Part shown: positions 38,202 through 46,694 of the stretch, piece by piece
How positions within the stretch are numbered: position 1 is the stretch's first letter
How the letters are laid out: each line of letters begins with the position of its first letter
NCBI GenBank assembly: GCA_964349125.1
Contig: CAYGFH010000002.1
Span: 110,484 to 174,483 of the forward strand
DNA from: an uncultured Gammaproteobacteria bacterium
Lineage (GTDB): Bacteria; Patescibacteriota; Microgenomatia; UBA10105; UBA927
Direction of reading: 5' to 3'
DNA: 64,000 nt
Notes under the pieces: generated by a model
Databases searched by the model: none
Told to the model about the DNA's origin: nothing
What the model saw: only the letters and a program-made list of their open reading frames with translations
Program-made: the position numbers and the translations under genes

Positions 38202-39320
38202 ATGAAGCATATACCTCTCGTGAACCTGGAGCGTCAATTTACGTCAATTAAGCGTGACGTAACACGCGCGCTACTTGCCGTCTGTAAAAAGACCGATTTT
38301 ATTCTCGGTGATGAGGTTCTGGAATTTGAAGAAGCGTTTGCCACGTATATAGGAGTTTCGTACTGTGTCGGTGTTGCAAACGGTACAGACGCCTTAAAAC
38401 TTATGGGAATGGCCTCTGGCATCACAAAGGGTGACGAGATTATCATGCAGGCCAATACGTTTATCGCGACAGCCCTCCCGTTTATTGAACTTGGTGCGAC
38501 ACCGGTCTTCGTTGACTGCGATCCAAAAACCGGACAGATAGATGTAGCAGCTGTAGAAAAAGCGATGACGAAAAAGACCCGTGCCATTATCCCAGTCCAC
38601 CTGTACGGGTATCCGGCACCCATCAATGAATTATCACGGTTAACGGTTAACAGTTCGCGATTAACGATACTTGAGGACGCCTGTCAGGCACACGGCTCCA
38701 TGGTGAACGGCAAAAAATGCGGATCGTTTGGCGATATGGCTGCTTTTTCTTTCTATCCGGGCAAAAACCTTGGCGCGTACGGCGACGGCGGCGCAGTGGT
38801 GACAAACAGTAAGAAACTGTACGAAAAGCTGAAGATTATTAGAAACATCGGACAGAAGAAAAAATATGAGCATACGGTGCTTGGCACCAACAGCAGGCTT
38901 GATACCATACAGGCGGCTGTATTATCCGTCAAACTCCCCCACCTTGATTCGTGGAACAGGAAAAGAAATACTATCGCGCTTCGATATCTGCGGGAGCTAT
39001 CCGATGTACAGGGATTGGCATTGCCACCACTTCCGTCGAGAGAATCAGCTACAAACTGGCATTTATTTGTCGTTCAAACCTCAAGGAGAACTGCACTCAT
39101 GAAATTTTTACACGCAAACGGTATTCATACAGGCATCCATTACCCGACACCGCTACATACTACACCTGCATTGAAGTTTCTGGGATATACACAGGGAGAC
39201 TTCCCCAGGAGCGAGGCACGCGCCAAGCAACTGCTCACACTTCCTCTGTATGCTGAACTTACAGAATCTGAAATTTCCTATATAATCCGAACAATCAAAA
39301 CTTTCTGTATAAAAAAGTAA
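38202..39320 (+). CDS. DegT/DnrJ/EryC1/StrS-family aminotransferase (WbpE/WlbC-like)
   Basis: Lys motif FSFYPGKNLGAYGDGG. It has an unusual in-frame heptamer-repeat-encoded segment INELSRLTVNSSRLTIL where paralogs have MDAIMKLARKYKLKVI. Confidence 0.75.
   Translation: MKHIPLVNLERQFTSIKRDVTRALLAVCKKTDFILGDEVLEFEEAFATYIGVSYCVGVANGTDALKLMGMASGITKGDEIIMQANTFIATALPFIELGATPVFVDCDPKTGQIDVAAVEKAMTKKTRAIIPVHLYGYPAPINELSRLTVNSSRLTILEDACQAHGSMVNGKKCGSFGDMAAFSFYPGKNLGAYGDGGAVVTNSKKLYEKLKIIRNIGQKKKYEHTVLGTNSRLDTIQAAVLSVKLPHLDSWNRKRNTIALRYLRELSDVQGLALPPLPSRESATNWHLFVVQTSRRTALMKFLHANGIHTGIHYPTPLHTTPALKFLGYTQGDFPRSEARAKQLLTLPLYAELTESEISYIIRTIKTFCIKK
38637..38664. repeat. CGGTTAA CGGTTAA CAGTTCG CGATTAA heptamers inside the aminotransferase CDS
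   Basis: Read directly; encodes SRLTVNSSRLTI. Confidence 0.8.
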
Positions 39321-39327
39321 CGACACT

Positions 39328-40317
39328 ATGAAACTTCGCGGTAAAACACTGTTGGTCACAGGCGGTGCCGGATTTATCGGCTCCCATTTTGTGGAAGAGT
39401 ACGCAAAAACGCATACGATCATCGTATATGACAACTTCGCATCGAATGTAGTCACTCCATCACAATTGAAAACATTCGGTGTGTCCCGTGTGGTCAAAGG
39501 GGATATTCTAGACCGGGAAAAACTGACGAAGGCCATGAAGGGTGTGGATGTCGTGTTTCATTTTGCCGTTGCCTGCGTACGGCTATCACTGTCCGATGAA
39601 GCGCATGTGCACGAAGTAAATGCCACAGGGACACTCTTCGCACTCCTGGCAGCGAAAAAGGCGGGGGTGAAACAATTTGTCTATATTTCCTCCTCGGAAG
39701 TGTATGGCACAACCCATGGAGAATCCATTGATGAATCACACGGTATTACACCGCAGACGGTATATGGCATGAGCAAGTACGTGGGAGAATTGTATGCCAA
39801 ACACTTCAACGATATAGAAGGCCTCCCAAGTTGCATCATACGGCCATTTAATGCGTATGGACCCAGAGCACATTTTGACGGTGTATACGGAGAAGTCATT
39901 CCCCGGTTCACCATACAGGCACTAAGCGGCACTCAGCTGACGGTATTCGGAGACGGATCACAAACACGTGATTTTACCTATGTGAAAGATACGGTAACAG
40001 GCATATACGCTGCGGCAGAAGAGGAAAAATTGCGGGGAGATGTCATAAACATTGCCTTCGGCAAGGAGGTGTCAGTGAGAACGATTGCACAGACCATTTG
40101 CCGCCACACCAATCTTCCATATCAGCCCGATCAACTCCCTCCCCGTCCAAATGACGTGGATAGGCTTGCTGCAAATACAAAAAAAGCCGGGAAGCTACTC
40201 GGGTTTTCTCCGAAAACGGCAATTGAAACAGGGCTAGAACTGTATGTGGATTGGGTGAAGCAATCGTATCGCGACACCAAGAAGCTGCTAAGACAAATAC
40301 CCTCCCGTAACTGGTAA
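39328..40317 (+). CDS. NAD-dependent sugar-nucleotide epimerase/dehydratase (SDR)
   Basis: LLVTGGAGFIGSHFVEE and YGMSKYVGE (YxxxK). Confidence 0.7.
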   Translation: MKLRGKTLLVTGGAGFIGSHFVEEYAKTHTIIVYDNFASNVVTPSQLKTFGVSRVVKGDILDREKLTKAMKGVDVVFHFAVACVRLSLSDEAHVHEVNATGTLFALLAAKKAGVKQFVYISSSEVYGTTHGESIDESHGITPQTVYGMSKYVGELYAKHFNDIEGLPSCIIRPFNAYGPRAHFDGVYGEVIPRFTIQALSGTQLTVFGDGSQTRDFTYVKDTVTGIYAAAEEEKLRGDVINIAFGKEVSVRTIAQTICRHTNLPYQPDQLPPRPNDVDRLAANTKKAGKLLGFSPKTAIETGLELYVDWVKQSYRDTKKLLRQIPSRNW

Positions 40318-40839
40318 TTAGCGGCCGGACGGCTGTATACCGAATAGTGCTCCAACAATCCTGTACATATTCACTATCCACTCTCCGCGCGGTGTGATAC
40401 GCCAACCACCTCCATCAGGTCGTATGGAGCCTGTCTGTTCCTGTTCGATAATCCGCTTTCCCACCGCATCACTCTTCAGGATAAAGCCATCGATGAGCAC
40501 GTCCTCCAACTGTTTTTTTGTGTAAACCGTGCCGTTTGAGAGCATCCGCTGCAGCAAAAACACAGAGACAGACCGGTCAAGCGTTACAGGAACCAATGTA
40601 AAAAATACGATATGCATACTTATGAATATGATAGTGAGAGATATGATCACCAAGCGAGGTATCACCAGTCGTTTCCGTAGAACACCAAGGACTATTCCCT
40701 GTAACAATCCAACACATAAGATAAAGACAAGACCTCTATAAAAAAATGCCAAGGTGCCAGCTATGCGTGTGTGAAACAGAGATAACAACAGGAGTGTGTG
40801 TATGGCGAAACTAATAACCATTAGCGTAAGCGTTCTCAT
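40318..40839 (-). CDS. Small membrane protein with C-terminal winged-helix-like domain (paralog)
   Basis: 4 TM helices, then ...LLQRMLSNGTVYTKKQLEDVLIDGFILKSDAVGKRIIE. 4-bp overlap with the upstream membrane gene. Confidence 0.35.
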   Translation of the reverse strand: MRTLTLMVISFAIHTLLLLSLFHTRIAGTLAFFYRGLVFILCVGLLQGIVLGVLRKRLVIPRLVIISLTIIFISMHIVFFTLVPVTLDRSVSVFLLQRMLSNGTVYTKKQLEDVLIDGFILKSDAVGKRIIEQEQTGSIRPDGGGWRITPRGEWIVNMYRIVGALFGIQPSGR

Positions 40840-42131
40840 ATATCTTTTTTCAATTCCCGAATAAGTAATACAGTGCTCACTAGTAACAACGGTCTGGCAA
40901 CAGCAAGCAACCGTCCGAAATCATCATATGCCATGAGAGAACTCACCGCTACATGATAGACCCCTATGAGGGTGATACACAGCACGCCGGAGAGTGTGGC
41001 ATCACTTTTTTTGATCGCCCTGTACAGTACAAACAGCACACCGAATAGTGGAATAAATGACAGGTACACCAATCGTTGGTATATCAGTTTCAACACTGCA
41101 AAAAAAGCATCATACTTCCCGGTCGTAGCTGTTTTATCCACAATGTCAGTGGGGCTTGTCACCACAGCTGGCAACGATGTTACGGAGTGAGCCACATACG
41201 CTCCTAGATGGTCTCTAACCAGACCGGTGGTGAAGTTATGGAAAGTTCCAGCATGTTCGCGTTTGTACAGTTCTGGAAACTGTCTAAATATTTCAAACGG
41301 ATGTTTTGCATGTACCTGCATAGCTGCCCTCGCTTTACGAGCCGTGTCAGAATCACCCAGATCTTGGTCAGAAATTCCCATATGGAGCAATTTCCCCCAC
41401 ATATTCACATCCTGAATTCGGCTTATCCCGGAAAATCCCGACTGTGACAGGTTAACACGCGAGTACACGGTGATCACACCAACATAGAGGATCAGTGAAA
41501 TGATGCTAGCAACCAGCATCCTTCTCGTGCGATACCGAAGGATGCTAGCGCCTAGAATAAGAAATGGCAACCCGATGACGCTCGGACGCAGGAACATTCC
41601 TATTATCCATAGAATTGTGAGGACCGCGATATATCGCCAGCTGAAACGTGTAAATAATAGTACCGAGAAATATACAACGATGCTAAGCCAAAAAAACGAA
41701 AATGCTTCAGTAAGTATTGCATGTTCCAAAAGCAGCAACGTATAGTCTGCAGTTGCCACAAAAGATAGCGCTGCAGATAAAAATGAATTCAATCGCAACT
41801 TCAGACATATTACGTAGAGTATCAGAGTTCCAATCACCATAAAAACGGACTGCCATATGCGGATGCACATAAGTCCTGATGTAAATACTCCGGATATTTC
41901 GGTTGGCATGGGATGACCACTGAAGACATATGGAACAGCAAGGAGAAGCGGATATACCGGTGTCCTCCATGGGTCTACAAGATTCCCTGTTTCAACAATA
42001 TGTTTTGCGGTCAAAAAATAGCTGACAGAGTCTCCTGTCGTGATGTATGAGGGAGAGTGCGCTGCGTAGGCAAATCGCAGCACCGTTGCGCAAAGTACGA
42101 GGCAAATACCCCAAAAAACATGGTGTTTCAT
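40836..42131 (-). CDS. Polytopic membrane protein, putative GT-C-fold glycosyltransferase (short paralog)
   Basis: About 11 TM helices, 431 aa. Translationally coupled between the GT2 gene (42128..42823) and the small membrane gene. Confidence 0.35.
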   Translation of the reverse strand: MKHHVFWGICLVLCATVLRFAYAAHSPSYITTGDSVSYFLTAKHIVETGNLVDPWRTPVYPLLLAVPYVFSGHPMPTEISGVFTSGLMCIRIWQSVFMVIGTLILYVICLKLRLNSFLSAALSFVATADYTLLLLEHAILTEAFSFFWLSIVVYFSVLLFTRFSWRYIAVLTILWIIGMFLRPSVIGLPFLILGASILRYRTRRMLVASIISLILYVGVITVYSRVNLSQSGFSGISRIQDVNMWGKLLHMGISDQDLGDSDTARKARAAMQVHAKHPFEIFRQFPELYKREHAGTFHNFTTGLVRDHLGAYVAHSVTSLPAVVTSPTDIVDKTATTGKYDAFFAVLKLIYQRLVYLSFIPLFGVLFVLYRAIKKSDATLSGVLCITLIGVYHVAVSSLMAYDDFGRLLAVARPLLLVSTVLLIRELKKDI

Positions 42132-42823
42132 ACGCGTAGAGTGCGGTACACGCGTATCATATCGAAAAGCGCTTCAATTACATGAGACATACGTATGCCG
42201 CGTTTTCGTTTAATTTTTTTATAGTGATCAATCGGAAGATATCCAATGGTGTATCCTGCCCTGGATGCACGCAGTAGTCGCTCGGCCTCATCAAATACTC
42301 CATTGGATAGTATCGGAAGTGATAATACTTTTTTTTTGAACACTTTAATACTTCCTGCATCTCTGGTTTGCACACCAAAGAGATGGTTCATGAGAAAGTT
42401 ATACATATATGAGACTAATCCACGCCATGGTGTGTATTGTTTTTGCATACGACATCCGATGATGATGTCCTTACCTGTCTTATTTTGTTCGTCCAAGAGT
42501 CGCAGTACGTCATTTGGATTCCATTCTCCATCCATGCTAAACAGTACAACACGTTTTCCATTTGCTCGTTTATATAGTTCTCTGTATGTTTTTGCGATCC
42601 CCTGGTTGGTATCGTGGGTAAATACTTTCAAATGCTTCATATGCTTTTCACAGACTTTTGCTATACGCACACTGTCATCGGTGCTCGCATCATCTATACA
42701 AATAATTTCATATGAGGACGTTCGTTTAGAGAGCAGCGTGTTTACCGTAGTCAGTACTTGCCTGAGTGTTCGAGTATCGTTATATATAGGACTAACAATG
42801 GAAATATCCGCAATCTTTTTCAT
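42128..42823 (-). CDS. GT2 DPM1-like glycosyltransferase
   Basis: ISIVSPIYNDTRTL...ICIDDASTDDS...DTNQGIAKT. Confidence 0.7.
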   Translation of the reverse strand: MKKIADISIVSPIYNDTRTLRQVLTTVNTLLSKRTSSYEIICIDDASTDDSVRIAKVCEKHMKHLKVFTHDTNQGIAKTYRELYKRANGKRVVLFSMDGEWNPNDVLRLLDEQNKTGKDIIIGCRMQKQYTPWRGLVSYMYNFLMNHLFGVQTRDAGSIKVFKKKVLSLPILSNGVFDEAERLLRASRAGYTIGYLPIDHYKKIKRKRGIRMSHVIEALFDMIRVYRTLRV

Positions 42824-42852
42824 AGAGGAGCTTTTACAAACCGTATGCTATT

Positions 42853-44475
42853 ATGAATCACATGAAGAGTATACCTTTCTTACTGCATTTTGCAACGATT
42901 CTTCAAGACATACCGGCACATGTGCAAAATCAGGTTAGAATGCGTTATATCCCAAGCACATCTTCAGGTGGAGGGCATAAAGTGCTCGCTTTTCGATTTA
43001 TTCGTATATACATTCTTCTTATTTCTATACTCAGTGTCCTGTTATTGGCACCACTCCTGTTCTCCGCCTTTCAGAGCGGATACGGGTATCAATTTGATAC
43101 GGATGAATTGCATCACGCAAATCTTGTTTACTTGATTGCCAATGGCTTTATTCCCTACCGTGATATATACAACTCATTTTATACACCATTATTTGAGTGG
43201 ACCTTATTGCCCGTGTTTACATTTTTTGGATTTTCGTTCAAAACAATCATGTTTACCAGATTCGTTATGATTCTCATGTATGGGATACGACTGCTGTCAC
43301 TTTATACACTTATTCGGAATCTATGGAACAGACGTACGGCCTTACTTTTTATCCCCTTGTTGATTCTTGATCCGTTTGCTGTGCTGTCGAGTTTTCAAAT
43401 CCGAACAGATAACTTCATGCTTATGCTCTATAGCGTGGGACTTGCGATTGCTGCTGTTGGCGTAAAACGGCCGGCTTCGCACATGTTGGAATTTGCTGCA
43501 TTTTTTCTGGGCCTTTCTGCTCTTTCGTTTCCCAAAATTATTCCCTCGGTTGGAATCATTGTGCTGTTTTTGATGTGGTTCAGGTATTCACAAAAAGGAT
43601 TCAGGGGAATAGTGAAAACGATTACTGCGACTGCCTTCCCTACTCTCCTGTTTCTGATGTACGGACTTTTCACAGGTAGCCTATACGAAATGTGGATGCA
43701 ACTTGTGGTGGATGCGAAAGCCGCATATAGCGTATTTCGCGCGCCCTTGCCATTTGGCGCAATCTTTTATCCAAATAACCTCTGGATTTATGGCACCATG
43801 GGTAAGCCTGTCACATGGATGTATATTTGGATTTTACCGCTTCTGGGAGCGGGAGGGTTATTTTCACAGCTCACATTGCTACTTCAAAAGAAAACGATCG
43901 TACATACCGATGTATTTAAACTGCTCCTTGGACTGACGCTCATATTAAATTTTATTTCTTTATTTGCACTTCCTGTCGTGTTTCTCCAACACTATCTACT
44001 AATCAATTGGCTCTACGCCCTATTTGCAGGTGCGCTTATAGACGATACTCTTCGAGCTATCGAATCGAGAAAAACCGCGTATGTGGTGGTCATAACAATA
44101 CTATTTTTGGTATATGCCCACATGGTGAATATGAGCCGCACGTATAACTACGCCCGTTCGACCATACGCGGTCAGGAAACAATCGAGGCCTATGAAAAGC
44201 GTTTTACCCAGATAGGACAGAGTGAATCGGTGTTCCCGAATTTTCTGTTTCGCCCACCCGTCTACCCAGTTCCGTTTGGATACTACATTGGGAATGTTCC
44301 TGAGAGCATCATGAACCGGCTGCCTGATATCCCAACGATGTTGGATGATAAGAAAGTTCAAAAACTCTTATTTGATGAATACACGTTCTCCCTGATGCCT
44401 ACACATGTGCAGGCATATGTGACCGAGCATTACTCCCGTGTACCCGGAGATCCGGAGCTCATGGTTCGAAAGTAA
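42853..44475 (+). CDS. Polytopic membrane protein, putative GT-C-fold glycosyltransferase (paralog)
   Basis: N-terminal loop 'DTDELHHANLVYLIANGFIPYRD'; more than 10 TM helices; C-terminal soluble domain. Confidence 0.35.
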   Translation: MNHMKSIPFLLHFATILQDIPAHVQNQVRMRYIPSTSSGGGHKVLAFRFIRIYILLISILSVLLLAPLLFSAFQSGYGYQFDTDELHHANLVYLIANGFIPYRDIYNSFYTPLFEWTLLPVFTFFGFSFKTIMFTRFVMILMYGIRLLSLYTLIRNLWNRRTALLFIPLLILDPFAVLSSFQIRTDNFMLMLYSVGLAIAAVGVKRPASHMLEFAAFFLGLSALSFPKIIPSVGIIVLFLMWFRYSQKGFRGIVKTITATAFPTLLFLMYGLFTGSLYEMWMQLVVDAKAAYSVFRAPLPFGAIFYPNNLWIYGTMGKPVTWMYIWILPLLGAGGLFSQLTLLLQKKTIVHTDVFKLLLGLTLILNFISLFALPVVFLQHYLLINWLYALFAGALIDDTLRAIESRKTAYVVVITILFLVYAHMVNMSRTYNYARSTIRGQETIEAYEKRFTQIGQSESVFPNFLFRPPVYPVPFGYYIGNVPESIMNRLPDIPTMLDDKKVQKLLFDEYTFSLMPTHVQAYVTEHYSRVPGDPELMVRK

Positions 44476-44517
44476 TGCACATCTCTACCACCTCCGAGGT
44501 GGAAGTGAAAATTGAGG

Positions 44518-46350
44518 CTAATTTTCAGGTGTTTTATATATTCTGACCATCGGACTTTGATACACCTGGACAAGTGCAGGATACAGTGTCCGCAAGTCCT
44601 CTACCCCACCGGATATTTCAAACTCCTCAGGCCCGTAGAACACATAAGACGCCTTGGAGTTTTTCAGAAATTCCATTTCTTCTTCCAGAGGTAAATGTCG
44701 CCGGTAAAAATTCCCGATTTCGGCTTCTTTGATTTCAAGTTTTACTGTGTTGGCGTGTCCGATATAGGCAGTGTTTCCGCTATACACGGGCATATAATTT
44801 CCGGTTGTTTTACCGGTCAACACGATGGAGCTCCGTGGGGTATTTACCTGGAGCCAAATGAGCCCTTCCACAATCTCCCGCATCGGATACATGACATCAG
44901 CATTGTGCGGCACAAGCGGTATTGTCGCGCGCAGTTTATGATCCACAAAATCCCGTAGCCACATATAGGAGGAAGCCATGGAAGATAGAGATAAGATAAT
45001 GATGACAACTGGTATCGCGTATATCGTATGCTGTATTGCGCATAAAACCTTCTTCAAATGTGCTTTCCCAATATACACAATACTAAATATAGGATACTGG
45101 GTGCCATCTTTCAGTTTAGACACCTTCGTGGAAACTAACAGAGATATTTCATACAGTAATACCCCTGTAAACACGCCCAACGGTACTTGCGGCACCATTT
45201 GAGTAAACCGGGTCGGTGACTGTTGCGGAATCCGGTCAAACACAAACAGAAATACAATCCATGCGACTGTCCAGTACAGGAAGAATTGCAGTTTCCCAAT
45301 GAGCTCTTTTTTATATAACACGACAAACAGGATTCCCAATACTCCCAGAGGGAAGAGTGGACCGACTGCCATAAAGTATTCCACAAATGAGAACTTCGTC
45401 GGATGCAGTACATCAAATTCAACGAGCCGTTTCCATGGGTACTGAGACAGAAGGAGCGCAAAGTATACAAGAGACGGCAGGCTGATAATGCCAAAAATAA
45501 ACCGGTCATATCCCACCGAAACAAACCATTTTCCAAGTATCGCACCTATCCGTGTTTTGCGGGCACCCACTTTCGTAAACAGTGCGATCATTTCACCCAC
45601 ACACACAAATGCAATGACGCCATACACAAACGTGAGACCGGGTGGAAATATTATTCCAAGGATAAGCCCGACCACTCCAAGAAATATCGCATTTCCGGGA
45701 TGTTTTTTGGTAATAAATCCGCCTGTTCCAAACTGCATGGTACTAAACACCCAAAAGATAAAGATCATGAGCGTCTGCGCCAGAAGTACGTGCGGCATAA
45801 ATGTTGTCCGTTGCAGGCTATCTGCCTGCGTATACCACGGCATCCACCCTCCCAGGCGGGGTACGCCCAATACCGTTTCAAATTTCGGCCAGGTGGATTG
45901 AAGAGCAATCAGTAAAAACATCACCAGCTGATAGCCAAATCCCGCTTGCCGCATAAGCCATTCACTGAGCTTCCAAATACTCCAGAGAAACACGCCGGAA
46001 AAAAACAATCTTGCCACATGATAGGCAAACCACACGTACGGGGTCTGAATATGCGCGTAGTCGGCAAGCCTTCCGATTATTACATACAGTATTTGTGAGA
46101 GAGAACCACTGTGAGGTTCTGACGTATATTTTTCACGGGCTAGCCAGGACCCTTCCTTTCCCTGCCTAATTTTTGACAGATATAAATTGTAGTCCGTGGG
46201 AAAGTTGTGTACCAATTCAAAAAAACGATCAGGCTTAGTCCTGCCGCGTGCGTTCCACTCATACATGGTGGGAGCAAATGAAAAGAGTATCAGAAATACG
46301 ATGATACCGACCACTATATGCGTGTGACGGGGTGAACTGTCAGGATCCAT
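44518..46350 (-). CDS. Polytopic membrane protein, putative GT-C-fold glycosyltransferase (paralog)
   Basis: 'FPTDYNLYLSKIRQGKEGSW' loop motif. C-terminus ...ASYVFYGPEEF...VRIYKTPEN. Confidence 0.35.
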   Translation of the reverse strand: MDPDSSPRHTHIVVGIIVFLILFSFAPTMYEWNARGRTKPDRFFELVHNFPTDYNLYLSKIRQGKEGSWLAREKYTSEPHSGSLSQILYVIIGRLADYAHIQTPYVWFAYHVARLFFSGVFLWSIWKLSEWLMRQAGFGYQLVMFLLIALQSTWPKFETVLGVPRLGGWMPWYTQADSLQRTTFMPHVLLAQTLMIFIFWVFSTMQFGTGGFITKKHPGNAIFLGVVGLILGIIFPPGLTFVYGVIAFVCVGEMIALFTKVGARKTRIGAILGKWFVSVGYDRFIFGIISLPSLVYFALLLSQYPWKRLVEFDVLHPTKFSFVEYFMAVGPLFPLGVLGILFVVLYKKELIGKLQFFLYWTVAWIVFLFVFDRIPQQSPTRFTQMVPQVPLGVFTGVLLYEISLLVSTKVSKLKDGTQYPIFSIVYIGKAHLKKVLCAIQHTIYAIPVVIIILSLSSMASSYMWLRDFVDHKLRATIPLVPHNADVMYPMREIVEGLIWLQVNTPRSSIVLTGKTTGNYMPVYSGNTAYIGHANTVKLEIKEAEIGNFYRRHLPLEEEMEFLKNSKASYVFYGPEEFEISGGVEDLRTLYPALVQVYQSPMVRIYKTPEN

Positions 46351-46450
46351 TTCTTCAGTCTATACCCATCTTACGCAGGTTTGCAACAGAAATATGTTGC
46401 CAAAACGGCTTAGATGGGTTTATACCCGAAACATGCTGCACGTGTGAAGG
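46351..46450 (-). promoter_or_regulatory. Conserved structured 5' leader element (GGGTATAnACCCATCTAA ... TGCAAAyCTGmGTAAGATGG) upstream of 44518..46350; second copy at 35702..35800 upstream of 34031..35701
   Basis: Direct comparison of the two upstream regions. Both contain TTAGATGGGTyTATACCC and CATCTTACnCAGnTTTGCA, plus inverted-repeat potential (TATAAACCCATCT / AGATGGGTATA). Confidence 0.5.
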
Positions 46451-46694
46451 GTGTACTAGAACATCGCGGTAACGACAATAACTGACGGAGTCTCTGAATA
46501 TACATGTGTTGACTGATGTCATCCTGCCCCTGTATTCTAGTTGAGTGGATACGCAGTCAACCTTTCCCAGTAAAGCAATGATTATTTCCCTATTGGGGTC
46601 ACTCGTTTTGATTACTGTTTCCAGTTGGATCATTGAGTACGCGTACACGAGAAGTGCGTTTGGCGTAACCCCATAAGTGAGTACCGTATTAGGA

